Shown: positions 37,958 through 49,819 of the stretch, piece after piece | Layout: each line of letters opens with the position of its first letter | Position numbering within the stretch: the stretch's first letter is position 1 | Notes under the pieces: model-generated | Seen by the model: the letters and a program-made list of their open reading frames with translations, nothing else | What the model was told of the DNA's origin: nothing | Databases searched by the model: none | Assembly: GCA_048213135.1 (NCBI GenBank) | Contig: PS015038.1 | Coordinates: 72,758 to 136,757, forward strand | DNA length: 64,000 bases | Direction: 5' to 3' | Source of the DNA: Reclinomonas americana ATCC 50394 | Taxonomy: Eukaryota | Position numbers and translations under genes: made by a program

Positions 37958-39595
37958 CTATTCGTCTCCTGTCTCCTCTCTGCGCAGCTCGGCCACGGCG
38001 GCTGACACCTCCCCATCCACCTCTCCTTCGTCAAAATCGCCATCCTCCCCTTCCTCATCGTCGCGTGGCGGTGGTGGCGCCTCGGCACCAAAGGCGGCCC
38101 AATCAAAATCGTCGGCACACAGGCGGTGCAGTGGCGGCGAGCCGGGTCGCCACCAGCGGCCGCCGACGGAGCGCAGAGCACGCAAAATGGCCGTACCGCG
38201 CTTGAAGTATTCGACGGACGGCCCGACCAGCAGCGCTCCTTCGACACGCCAGCCGCCGCCGGCCTCGGGCGGCGCCAGACGCACAGTCAGCCGCAGGTAA
38301 TCTTCGTCGCGTCGCCGACTGCTGGTGACGATGCCGTCGCCGGAGGCCATGTACTCGCCAATCGCAAACACGTGCAGGCCAAACATGAGCACGTGCTGGT
38401 TGAAGATCAGCGGCTCCGTCGGGTGACCGAGCAGCGAGCGTACGCAATGCTGCGCCTCCTCACGCGCCGCCGTCCAGTTCTTCCACTGTCGCCAGTCGCA
38501 TTCCACACCCGGCTCGCCCTCGAACGCAGCGCAGTCGCCAACGGCACAGATGCACGGATCGTCCACTGTGACGAAATCGCTGCCGACGCACACACCGTCG
38601 TCCGTGCACGGCAACTCACACTGCCGCGCCAGCTCCACGTTTCCGCGCACGCCAATCGCCTGCACCAGCGTGTCGCACGCAAGCTCCCGCCCACTGCGCA
38701 GCCGTACACCAACCACGGCACCTGCGTTGACCAGCACTACTTGCACCTCGTCCTCCACGACCACCTCCAGCTCCGGAATGCGCCGCATTCGCTCCAGCAC
38801 CATGGCCGCCGCCTGCGAGTCGACAAATGACCGCGCCACCTCCGAGCCACGTGCCACGACTGTCACATGCGCCAAGTGCGGTGGCAGTGGCGGAGTCGGC
38901 GGTCGCGGACGCGACGGAGGCACCGCCGGTGGTTGCTCCCGGAAACCGCCTCCCAGGTACCCGCCCTCGACAATGTTGCTCACGAGATCCATGGCCAGCG
39001 TGCCCGCCCCGACAATCACCACCCGCGAGGCACGCTTGATGGACTCATTGAGGGCCACAGACTCCTCCGCATTGCGAACGACATACATCCCGTGCGGAGC
39101 AGCAGCACACAAGTGGCGCACAGGCTCACTCAGACTCGGCGCAGGCACAGGCGGCGATGACACCTCGTGCTCCTCACACGGGTACTCGACAAAGTGCGGC
39201 ACACCTCCCGTGGCCAGAAAGAGCACCTTGTATGGCACACGCTGACCACTGCCCGCCTCCACCACACACTGCTCATCGCGATCAATCTCCGCCACTCTCT
39301 CCAATCGCCACTCAATGCTCTTGCGCGTAAAGTACTCGGCTTTCTTCCCGCCAAAGTCCACCGTCTCGCGCGAGGGGAACTTGAGGCGGAAAAACGCATT
39401 CGGGCGAGAGTAGAAGGGCTCCGCAGGGTCCGCGTACACAATCACAGGCTCACTGCTGCAGTGGCGACGCAGCTCCTCGGCCACTGACAAGCCCGCAATG
39501 CCTCCTGTAACAGACACACACATCAGCGTGTCTGTGTGTGAGAGAGGAGGCCGGAGAGGTGAGTGAGCATTACCTCCGATGATGATGTATGCCAT
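37958..39595 (-). CDS. FAD-dependent pyridine nucleotide oxidoreductase (rubredoxin/ferredoxin-reductase or NirB-N-like)
   Basis: MAYIIIGG/GIAGLSVAEELR (FAD Rossmann), PFYSRP, LATGG, VIVGAGTLA (NAD(P) Rossmann), AIGVRGN, AVGDCA. Confidence 0.85.
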   Translation of the reverse strand: MAYIIIGGNAHSPLRPPLSHTDTLMCVSVTGGIAGLSVAEELRRHCSSEPVIVYADPAEPFYSRPNAFFRLKFPSRETVDFGGKKAEYFTRKSIEWRLERVAEIDRDEQCVVEAGSGQRVPYKVLFLATGGVPHFVEYPCEEHEVSSPPVPAPSLSEPVRHLCAAAPHGMYVVRNAEESVALNESIKRASRVVIVGAGTLAMDLVSNIVEGGYLGGGFREQPPAVPPSRPRPPTPPLPPHLAHVTVVARGSEVARSFVDSQAAAMVLERMRRIPELEVVVEDEVQVVLVNAGAVVGVRLRSGRELACDTLVQAIGVRGNVELARQCELPCTDDGVCVGSDFVTVDDPCICAVGDCAAFEGEPGVECDWRQWKNWTAAREEAQHCVRSLLGHPTEPLIFNQHVLMFGLHVFAIGEYMASGDGIVTSSRRRDEDYLRLTVRLAPPEAGGGWRVEGALLVGPSVEYFKRGTAILRALRSVGGRWWRPGSPPLHRLCADDFDWAAFGAEAPPPPRDDEEGEDGDFDEGEVDGEVSAAVAELRREETGDE

Positions 39596-39641
39596 TCGAT
39601 GTTGTCCTTGTTGTGTCCTCTTCTTCTCTTTGACTGTGGCG

Positions 39642-41313
39642 ATGGAGAGCAGTGCGCGTGCACGTGTTGTGCGTGCGACCATGAGCGCACCACACTTTGC
39701 CTTTGCGCTGTCCATGCGTGAGCAGCTGGAGCGCGAGGAGGCCGGCTTGCCTGAGATGCCTCCTCCAGAGCAAATCAGTGAGCGTCTGCTCGACTTGTTG
39801 CAACGCGCCCCTGCGATCTATCTCGGTGAGTGAGCAGAGCGAGTGAGTGTCTTTGTGTGTGCATCTCTGACTGCGTGTGTGTGTGTGATAGAGCGATATG
39901 GGGGGCATTTGGATGTGGAATCACTCGGTCTCTTTGAGGTGCTGCGCGCGTCGGAGTATGAGATCGCGTGGCACTTGGATCGGCTGCTGAAGGCGGCTCG
40001 GCGATCGGCGCATGAGCAGGCGGTGCTGGTGCGCAACCGTCGCTTCCAGAAGATGAAGCACATGCTGGAGGAGGAGTACTTCTCGGTCGATGCCATTGCG
40101 TTGCGGCATCCGCGACTGTATCACGACACGATTGGGAGGCTGATGGAGGGTCTGCCGCCCATGGCGCCCGATGCGACGCTCTCCTCGCGGCTCATTCAGA
40201 ATGCGCTGATGGAGCAGGTGGCGGAGAAGCGGTTGAATGAGGAGCATGAGGAGTGGAGAAAGTATGGCGAGGGCGGTGAGTCGGCGTATGAGCCGCACGT
40301 TCCGCGACCGCGGCAGCGTGACGGTGATGGCGACGAGGGCGATGATGATGATGATGATGACGACGACGGGGGAGAGGAGTTTGACACGGACGACGAAGAG
40401 GGAGAGCAGGCGGAGAAGGATGCCATGGACGAGGACGAACGGGAGAAGCCGAGCAGGCCGTACGCAAAGGCTTCGGGCGTGGCGGCGGCAGCTGCGGCGG
40501 CGGCGGCCGCAGCTTCGGCGGCATCGTCGTCGTCTGTCTCTCGGCACGGTGATCGTCGGTTCGCTGGCGGTGGAGTGATGGTGGCCGCCGAGTCGCCAAA
40601 GCAAGCGCCGCAGCGGATCGTCGGCGACGACGGCCCCGTGCGTCAGTGGGGCGATTTGCCGTTCGGATCGCGTGAGCCGGCGCTGAGCAACGCCGCCATG
40701 TCGATCGGATTGAAGCGCATGTCGACGGCCTTTCGGCATCACCGCGGGCGCGGTGGTGGGGCGGGTGGTGGAGGTGGAGGGCGCGGAGGTGCGGGTGGCA
40801 GCCAGGAATGTTTGTGGGGTGCCGTTGTGCGCGCCACCTTGCCGTCGTCCGCCGACGAGGACGAGGGCGGTGAGGGAAGTGCCTCATCGTCGGCTGCTGC
40901 TCCTGCTCCTGCGCCAGCTCCAGCGCCATCTCGACCCGTGTATGAGGTACGCCTGTATGTGTACGCCACCTCCTGTCTTATTTCTCGTACATGTGGTGAC
41001 GTCGCGCCGCGTCGCGCAGGATGCTTTTGTGAGACACATGATGAAGGAGGCGGCGATGGACGAGGACATGGCGGCCTCGACGGAGCTGACCGAGGAGAAA
41101 CAGGCCGAGTTGGAGGCGTCGCTGGTGCGGCAGGCGATTCAGCTGTTCATCGACGGTGCCGACAGCGAATTCTTCGACTACAGCACTGTGGACGCGGATG
41201 ACACGCTGGATGATCTGGTGACCATGCAGCGCGATGCCGAAGACGCCTACTTTGCTGAAGATGGCGACGATGACGAAGACGAAGACGGGGAGGACATGGA
41301 GACTGATGCGTGA
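39642..41313 (+). CDS. CCDC97: Coiled-coil domain-containing protein 97 (DUF2052)
   Basis: YLERYG, EYEI..HL, VRNRR, EYFS..AI.LRHPRLY...IG, and C-terminal FIDGADSEFFDYSTVDAD..LDD...RDAEDAYF. Confidence 0.85.
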
Positions 41314-41330
41314 GAGTGACGAGGTGGCGT

Positions 41331-43810
41331 TCATGCTTTCGAAAACACTCCATTGTAGTCCAGTCGGAGCAGCAGCTGGGAGACTTGCGACGAGCCGAGT
41401 ATTCTCCTCCGCAGGATCTGGAAGAGGAGTCGGCACTCGCGCGAAAAGTCCTGCGCACGCAAGATGCGTGGTGAGCCGCAATAGATGGCGTGAGTAAAAA
41501 AGCAAGGAAGAAGTGCTCACCTGTTCAATGTGATCGACATCCGAGCCAAGCACCAATTCCGGAGTGACCTCAAACCGCGCCACCAGCCGGCACAGTGCCG
41601 CCGAGGCATCGCTGCAATGAGCAGGTGTCAGTGTGCGTGGGACTTTTCTTGCAAGGCCATTCACAGAAAGACACACCAAATGGCGGCAATTGAATTCTGA
41701 ATGGCAGTGCTGCCGCCGCCGCCCACTTGCGGCTCCGGCAGGAAGCACTGCGTGCACAGGTCGGAGAGGAAGTCAGCGTGCGCCTGCTGCACCGTCTCAA
41801 AGTCCTCGCTCTCCTCGATGCGCCGAATCAGTCGTGCACTGCACCGAAGACGGTGAGCCCATGGTGCGTGTGTGCGTGTACACACTATTGTTGCGGTAGA
41901 GACGCAACGATTGGGCGTCCAACACATCGGCCTGCACGTAGTACTGCAGATTGTCGAGCACGAAAGACATGCGCGCACGCAGCAACCACATGCGCCAGGC
42001 AACAGACTGGCGTGAGGAACGCGACTTGTGTCGCTTCTGCGCAATCCACGCCTTTTGCAGCAGCAACTGCGCCCTCTTGAGCGAGAACAAGAAGCGGAAG
42101 AGACGGCTCAGGCGATCCATGGCGTCCGGGGTGTAAATCAAATGCAGCGGCGATGGCACGTCGTACCGCAGCGACAAGTGTCGATACCTGCATCGTCTGG
42201 TGAGATGGTCGACCACGAGCAGGGGTACATGCAGCTGGGGCACTCACCACTCGCCACCGGTGGCCGTGGGCGACGTCACAATGTCAACACGCTTGGCGGT
42301 CTTGTCGTCCTCCCGCGTGGTCTGATGCAGGGCGGCCACGAACAAGCTGTGCACCTCTGTGTGGATGGTAGTGAGTAAAGCAGATCGGGAGCAAGAGAGA
42401 GATGTAGGTGCACGCAACCCTGATCGACGGCGCCTGGTGGCGGCGACATGATGATCGGCTCGAGCGCCTGGAAGAATGCCAGGTAGAACTCGCCCTTGCC
42501 CATGAGGAAGTAGTCCTTGACGGCGCGCACGTGGAGTAGCAGGTCGGCGTCACGCACGGTCAGCGACCACAGATGGCGTGTGACCACTGAGCGAATGTCG
42601 TCGATGGTGCACTCGAACGACAAAGCGTGGAATGTCGGGTGCTCCTGCAGCAACGAGTGAGCGACAATGACGCAAGACTCTCAAACGCATTAGAGAGGGC
42701 GCAGCACGCACCTCGAGTCGTCGCAGAGCCTCGGCAAAGTGCTGAATCTCCTTGGCGGTAAAGTACGACGACGAGAGCGGTGACGACGACGACGGCGAAC
42801 CACCACCAGTCAGCGGCGACAGCGCCGTCTTGCCGCTCTCTGGTCTGGCCACGCCCACCGACGACGAAGACGAAGACGACTGATGCCGCCGCAGCACCTG
42901 CACGGCACTGCCGGTGTAGAGGATCTTCTCGGCCACGCGATCCGACAAGTACGACGGCTTCTTGTCGACTCGCAGGTGGTACGAGAACGACTTGAGATCG
43001 TCGGCCACGGCATCATCGACGCCCGCCTGCTCGTTATCCTCCGACTTGCTGCGCCCGCCCTGGTCCTCGATGAAGAACTCGCCGTACTTGTCCGACAGAA
43101 TCCCATACAGCACCCACGACGACAGCTGCCGGAAGAACACCCGGTGGCAGTGGAACGCCAGCCGCTCGAAACACGCGCGCACCACCGGGAAACCCGTCTG
43201 CCCGCGCCGATGCAACTCCTCCAGGATATCACAGCACTGCGCGCCATTGCGCACCACAGCCGCCACACTCAACAACGCCGGGAACAGCGTCTCATACTAC
43301 CCACACACACACACGACAGTTAGCCTCGCGCCCCCGACATCGAGGAGCCCTGATGCACACCAACCTCGACCAGCGCCTCCGACACAAACGACAACGACAC
43401 GAGTGGATTGCGCAGATGCGCCTGCTCAATCTCCAACAAGCGACGCCGATAGCTATCCAGCACCTCATCCAAGCCCGCACAGAGCGCCTCGGGGTACACC
43501 GATTGCACTGGATGATGATGATCGACAATGAACAATCACTCCTGCGATCATTGCCAAGCTGTCTGTGTGTCTTACCATCCTCGCTCTGGAGACCACGAAA
43601 GGCAGCTGTAAACGCGTCGAGCTCGCGATAGGCGCGACCGAGAACGACCACGCGATCGAGTAACGCACGCTCGGCCGGCTCCAGAAAGCTCACCAGTCCA
43701 TCGTCTACAGTAACCGCACGTGCACTACTACCACCACCACCACCACTTGACGACAGTGGAAGCAGATCGCCACTGTGCCCGCACAAGCTCAGCAGCACCT
43801 CGTGCAACAT
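41331..43810 (-). CDS. TUBGCP4: Gamma-tubulin complex component 4
   Basis: MLHEVLLSLCG, W..YG.L.D..GEFFI, AEKILYTG, KDYFLMGKGEF, L.Y.V..PL..I, DNLQYY.QADVL, H..FL, LLLRLDYN. Confidence 0.92.
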
Positions 43811-43931
43811 CCGTCGACAATGGAAAATGCGCGCGAAAAACCCGAGCGCAAATTCGTTTTGCGACTGCCTGCGTGAGTCACACCACCGTCTGTAGTCGTT
43901 GTGTGTGTGCATGCGTGGAGGAGCTTCAGTG

Positions 43932-45227
43932 ATGCGTTGTCGTGCATTGTTGCTTGCGGTGCTTGCACTGGTGGTGGTGATCGTTGGCATGGCGGCCATG
44001 TCAGCGCACGCGTTGCAGTTCGAGGTGGAGATCTTGACGCGCAAGTGCTTCATTGAGGTGAGAGAGTGAGAGAGCAAGTGTATGCATGTGCGCAAGAAGG
44101 CGTGCTGACGATGTGCGTGTGTGTGCGTGTGTGTGCGACATGACAGGACTTGCGGTGCGTCTTCTGCCTTCCTCTCTCTTGCCTGTCTCTCTCTCTTGCC
44201 TTCTGACTCTCCTCCAGTCGCGACACACTTGTGGCAGGTACTGTGGAGGCTGCGCCTGGGCAGCACCAGCGCATCAATGTGGTCGTTTCGTGTGACACAT
44301 GTCGCTTGTGTGTCATGATTGTGATGATGATGGTGGTCACTCTCGTGCTTCAGGTGGAGGATCCCAATGGGCGAACAGCATTCAAGCGCGAGGATATCAC
44401 CAAGACCGACTTGGTGTTCACCTCCACGCTCGACGGAGAGTACAAGGTTTGTTGCATCTCTCTCTGCTCTTTGCTCTTTCTTTCTTTCTGCATCCCTGCT
44501 TTCTTTCACCTCTTACCCTCCTCTCGCTCTTTCTGTGGCACAGATCTGCATTGAGAACCAGCTGCCGCCAGGTTGATATCCTTCTTTCCCCGTGCGAGGG
44601 CTCGCTAATGGATCCACCCTGACCTTTTGTGTGCATGCTGCAAACAGAGTTCTCGTACTCTCGCGGACTGAAGCGCATGATTACGCTGCAGCTGCGCACG
44701 GGCACTGATGCCAAGGACTACGATAGCATTGCGATGCGTGAGCACTTGCAGGTACTATTGGCGAAGTTGTTGATGATGAGTTCAGGCTGTCTCTGAGTGC
44801 TGTTCTTGTTCGTGTAGCCGCTGGATGCGGAGCTGCGTCGCATGGTGGACCTGTTGAAGGAGGCTTCACTAGAGTTGGACTACATGAAGACGCTGGAGGC
44901 CGAGCATCGTGACTTGAACGGTGCTGTTGGTGTCTTTCTCTGATTGTTGCTGCTGCCTCTGATGTGTGTGCGGGCAGAGAGCACCAATGCCATGACGTCG
45001 TGGTTGGGTCTGGTGATGATCTTTGGCGTCGGCAGTCTGATGGTGCGCGCTGTGCCTCGTCTTCTTCTTCTTATGTAAGTGTCCATACTGAGCGTGCATG
45101 TGCAGGCCTGGGAGGCATGGTACCTCAAGAAGTACCTCGGTTCGTCGCCACCATTCCTCCTCCTTGTCTACCCCGCGCAGTGCCTCACTCCTTGTGTCCT
45201 TGTGCAGAGCGCAAGAAGATTGCGTAA
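43932..45227 (+). CDS. TMED10: p24/EMP24/GOLD family cargo receptor (TMED10/Erv25-like)
   Basis: Signal peptide, KCFIE...GEYKICIEN (GOLD cysteines), G.DAKDY..IA..EHLQPL..ELRR, RDLNESTN, a transmembrane segment and C-terminal KKIA. Ten short exons. Confidence 0.85.
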
Positions 45228-45359
45228 AGCATGTTGCATGTACACACTGGCAGTGGCAAGCATAAGCAATGCGAGAATGCGAGGAAGAGAGACGAGAATG
45301 AAAACAGTCTTTTGCCGACGTCTGTCTATGCGTCCCACAGCACTGCCCTCCGTCTGTCA

Positions 45360-46589
45360 ATGGAGGCGGGGATCTCCGTGCTTGAGCGTCTCCGCGAGTT
45401 CGCGCAGCAGCTCACTCGCACCTGTGTGCACTATGACGCACTCGCCCCGTTTCATCGCGTCGCCACTGCGCCCGTCCGATCGCGGACAACTGCACGAATG
45501 CAACAGGAAGACGATGACGAAGAAAGAGAGGAAGAAGAGCATGCCACACTCGACGACCTTGCTCTATGGAAGCAGCGAGAAGCTCGTCTGCGCAGTGCAC
45601 TCGCGCTGCTGCAGTCTTCGTCATTGTGCGTGCATGTGATCCCCTGCTCTCCTCCTACTCACTCACTCGCACACGCTCGTGCACAGACACGCGACAGAGA
45701 GCAGTGGCAGTGGCAGTCACTCTGCTGCTGCCGACGATGATGACGGCGAAGACGATGATGTGGCGGCGCAAAAGCTCCTCGCCCTGCAACAGGATCTGCT
45801 GCAGGTGGCGGCCGCCCGATCGACGCAGCTGACCCTGGTCGCCCGCCTGCACCAGTCGGCCGCACTGCAACGCATGCTCGACAAGCCCGAGGCCGAGCGC
45901 ACCGCCGAGGAGCGATTGTGCATGTCGGTGCGTGTTGCTCACTTCACGATCCTATTTGATCTTCTCCTCCTCACCGCGGCGATCGCGCACAGAACATGGC
46001 GCTTCGTGACGAGCTGGCGTTGGAGTTGCTGCGCGAGAGTGCGGCGTTGTCGACCACCGAGGATCGACTGTGGGCCATTCGTGCACGCAACGCCAAGCTG
46101 ATGACCGAGAATCGCGCCATGCAGCGTGAAGTCGAGGCCGTGGAGCAGGATCGCTTTGCGGCACGGCGGCGACGACGAGCTGCAGTCGGCACTCCAGCGG
46201 ACTGGATTCGCGAGATACGCGAGATGGAGGTGCACAATCGAGCCTTGGCGCACATGCTCATGGTATGCATGCATGCTGTCCAGGGTCGCGCGATTGCACC
46301 TCACCTCGTCGACGCAGGTGCTGGTCATGGACAGTGGGTACGACTGGTACAGCGACCCGGCGATGCAACCGGTGATGCTGAGCCTGGAGGCAGAGGAGAA
46401 CACCGACTGCCATCGACGCAGTCGCGAACTGGCGGAGCTCTTTGGCGCGCCACCAGCTGCGACGTCGTCGCTCAATTTTCCGAGCTCCTCGGCCTCCGGA
46501 TCGCAAGCAATGCAAGTCGATCGCGACGACGGTGACGATGACGCTGCTGCTGCTGCTGTTAGTGATGACGAGGATGATGGCCCCTCATA
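45360..46589 (+). CDS. CENPH: Centromere protein H-like coiled-coil kinetochore protein
   Basis: Coiled coil ending in MLM/VLVMDSGYDWYSDPAMQPVML, resembling the CENP-H/Fta3/Mcm16 C-terminal LIxxSGVxWxxDxxLxxxV motif. Confidence 0.65.
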
Positions 46590-46641
46590 AATAAAGCAAG
46601 AGAGCGACTAGTTGCATGCAGGACATTGACTAGATTCGACG

Positions 46642-49634
46642 ATGATGGTGAGATGCGGCAACATGCTCCCCCCTCTCTGTCTCTCTGTTCTCTCACTCTC
46701 GTTCTCGCAGCGCCACCGCGCAGAGCAGTCGACTCACTCGACAGCCACCAGCGTGCAACAGCACGATGTTGTTGCGCAACTGCATTTGCAATGACGCAAG
46801 TTCGTTCACCACATTGACTCTCGACACTTGGGTGAGTGCAGGTGGCCAGCGGCAAGCAGGAGCCACCTCGCAACCCTCCTCCTCCCCCGCCCACCTCACA
46901 GTACCGTCTGACTGCGCGACTGGTGCTGCTGAGCATTGCGCTGTCGTATGCGGCGGCCTTTCTGTCACTCTACTCGCAACTGCCGGGACTGTACCATCGT
47001 ACGGGCCTCACACCAGTGGAGTCGTACATGGAACGTGTGCGACAGGAGTATCCGCTGAAAGGAGCAGCGGCCAAGACGGCGGCCACGATGCGATTTGGAG
47101 TGTTGCCGACGGTGTTGTGGTTCAGTGAGAGTGTGTTTCACATGGACGTGGACTCAATGCTCGATGTGCTGTGCCTCGTCGGTGTTGCGTAGCCACCTTC
47201 CACTGCAGCCGCGCCTCAGACATGAGAGATACTGAGTCTTGTTATGTTTTCCTCGTCGTCAGGCGGCGCTGGCGTTCTTGGTGGCCATCGACGTGGGACC
47301 CAGCATGCTGTGGTTCACGCTCATGTGGGTGGCCTATCAGTCGCTGTATGCCGTCGGGCAACGCTTCTTGTCGTTCCAGTGGGATATCTTATTGTTGGAG
47401 GCCGGATTCCTGGCCATTTTGCTGGCACCTCTGCCGCTGGTGCCAACCATCCGCAAGTGGCGTGGTCTGCCGCCGGCGGAACCCTCCAATACGTCGCTCA
47501 TCTTGGTTCGCTGGCTCCTCTTTCGGCTGATGTATGCCAGTGGTGTGGTGCGTTGCGTCGACGCGCATGTTTGCAGTCGACCGCATGATGCTCACCAACA
47601 ACACTTGTCGCCCAGGTCAAACTCACCAGCGAGTGCCCGACGTGGTGGGGACTGACGGCCACCAATTATCACCACGAGGTGAAGAATTGTCGTCGACCCA
47701 CACACATACAACAACTCACTCATGCCTCCGCACAGACTCAATGCCTGCCGACACCACTCGCGTGGGTCTGTCCTCATTTTCATTCCCACATTCACCAGCA
47801 CACTGTGCACTAACTGTGCGCTCTCCCATGGCACAGTACTTTCACTTCCTGCCCAACTGGTGGCATGAGGTGGAGGTGGCGGGCACGTTTGTCATCGAGA
47901 CGATATTGCCCTTCCTCTTCTTCTCGCCCTTCCGGCTGCACCGCATCGTCGCCGGCCTCGCGCAGATTGCGCTCATGGTGGTCATTGCCTTGTCGGGCAA
48001 CTACAACTTTTTCAATCTCCTGTTGCGTCTGTCACATCTCGTGCGCTACTTCCAAAGTGTGCTGATTGCGAGCGTGCGCAGCACGGCCGGCCTGAGCATC
48101 AGTTGCCTCGACGACGACTTCCTCTCACTCGTAGTGTGGCGTCGTGACCCCGTTAATTATCCTGCGCGCCTACCCAGCAAGCAGAAGAAGAAGACTTCCT
48201 CCGTCGGCACCTCGTTCGTCGCCTGGTTGCTGCTGGTGCTTTTCGTTGGCGCCACTGGCTACTTTGGTTTCCGGGTGCAGTGGCTGCCAGAGAAGCATGT
48301 GCCGCTACATCTGGAGCTCGCCATCGATTCCGCCGGGCTCTACGATTTTATGTGGTGGTCGTTGCCGGCGGGCGTGATTGTCGGCGCACTGGCTCTTTTC
48401 TTTGCGGTGCGGCGCGATGCACTGCGTGCCGTGTACGACTCGGACAAGGAGCCCGAGTCGCTGTCGCTGTCTGGCAAGTCACCCACCGCCGCCGACAAGG
48501 TGCGTGTAGATGCATGCACCTCAGCATATTGTTCACCGTCGCCCATGTTCTCGCCACACAGTCATCCGTGTCGTGCTGCACGTACATGTCAGTTGTGATG
48601 GCGCTGCTGGCAGTGGTGGTGATTGTGCTGGTGGCGCTCGCCGTGTTCACCGTCTCGCTCCCGGCGTTGTATGTGGTGCATTCAAAGGCGGCTCAGGAGC
48701 AGCTGCCGCCAGTGTTGACGCGGGCGCATTCGCAACTGAGCAACGTGCCAATTGCGCGCAGTGGTGCGTGTGCTCCACAGTCGTCCGCCACACTCCCCCA
48801 CCCTCCCTCACATCCTTTCTAATATATTCGCTGCAGTGCTGTCGTACTACGGATACGGTTTGTTCCGCAGCATGACCACCAGCCGCCCGGAGGTCGTCAT
48901 GGAGGGCACGCGCAAAGCGAAACCAACAGAGAGCGATTGGATTGAGTACGACTTTTACTAGTTGCGTTTATGTGCGCAGTTAATTCTCTCTCTCTCTCCC
49001 CCTCGCACCGCCTTCTCACACCTCGCGCAGCAAGGCTGGCAACGTGACGCAGGCGCCCCGCTGGAACGCCCCGCATCAGCCTCGTCTCGACTGGCAGATG
49101 TGGTTCGCCGCCCTCAGCTCGTACCAGAGCGAGTCGTGGATTGTGAACCTCGCCGCCAAGCTCCTCGACAACGATCCCCACGTGCTGGCACTGATGAGCG
49201 GCCACAATCCGTTCGCCGACAAGCCACCGCTGTATGTGCGCGCCACTCTGTACGATTATCGGTTCGCGGCGCCACCTGCCGACGTGCATCCGTTCTTGGC
49301 TCGCGGTGGACCGTGGTGGACGCGAACCAAGGAGAGGGAGTACTTGCCGGCCCTGGAGAAGAACAATGGTGCGGTGAAAGGATACAATGTCGCCCTTTTG
49401 CTGAGCACTGTCAGCGAACTCACCGATCGACGGCTATTCGCACACACAGGATCTCTTGTGCGGTTCCTCGCCGACAACAAGTGGGATATCAAGCCGCTGC
49501 GTCGCGAGGAGCTGACGCCGGCCGCTCAAGTGGTTGCGCAGATTCGCGAACAGCCGAACCTGGTGTGTTGGATCTGTTGTGCGGCCGCGGTGATTTATGC
49601 GATCAAGTGGCTGCTCTTCCGGTGCGGACCATGA
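46642..49634 (+). CDS. LMF2: Lipase maturation factor family ER membrane protein
   Basis: [92 protein letters not shown]. Confidence 0.93.
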
Positions 49635-49819
49635 GGTTGTGCGAGTAAAAAAAGAGTCTACATTTTCGTTTTTCACGTGTGTAATAAGTACAACAACAGC
49701 TTGTTATTATGGATGCATTACAGGCTCTTTGTGATCCGTTCGACTTCACGCCTTACAGCGGCTGCACAAAGAGACCACACACTTGTCAGCACATGTGGAG
49801 TACAACTGCAAAAAGCAAA

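Noticed and set aside
2682-46589. Functional cluster of centrosome/kinetochore genes (HYLS1, CAP-Gly protein, GCP4, CENP-H)
   Set aside because: They are interspersed with unrelated housekeeping genes, with no evidence beyond chance.
48950-48970. Apparent in-frame TAG in LMF (and similar stops in other genes) suggesting stop-codon reassignment
   Set aside because: Each is removed by a GT-AG intron (for example TA|GTTGCGT...AG|C gives TAC). Genes end normally in TGA, TAA or TAG.
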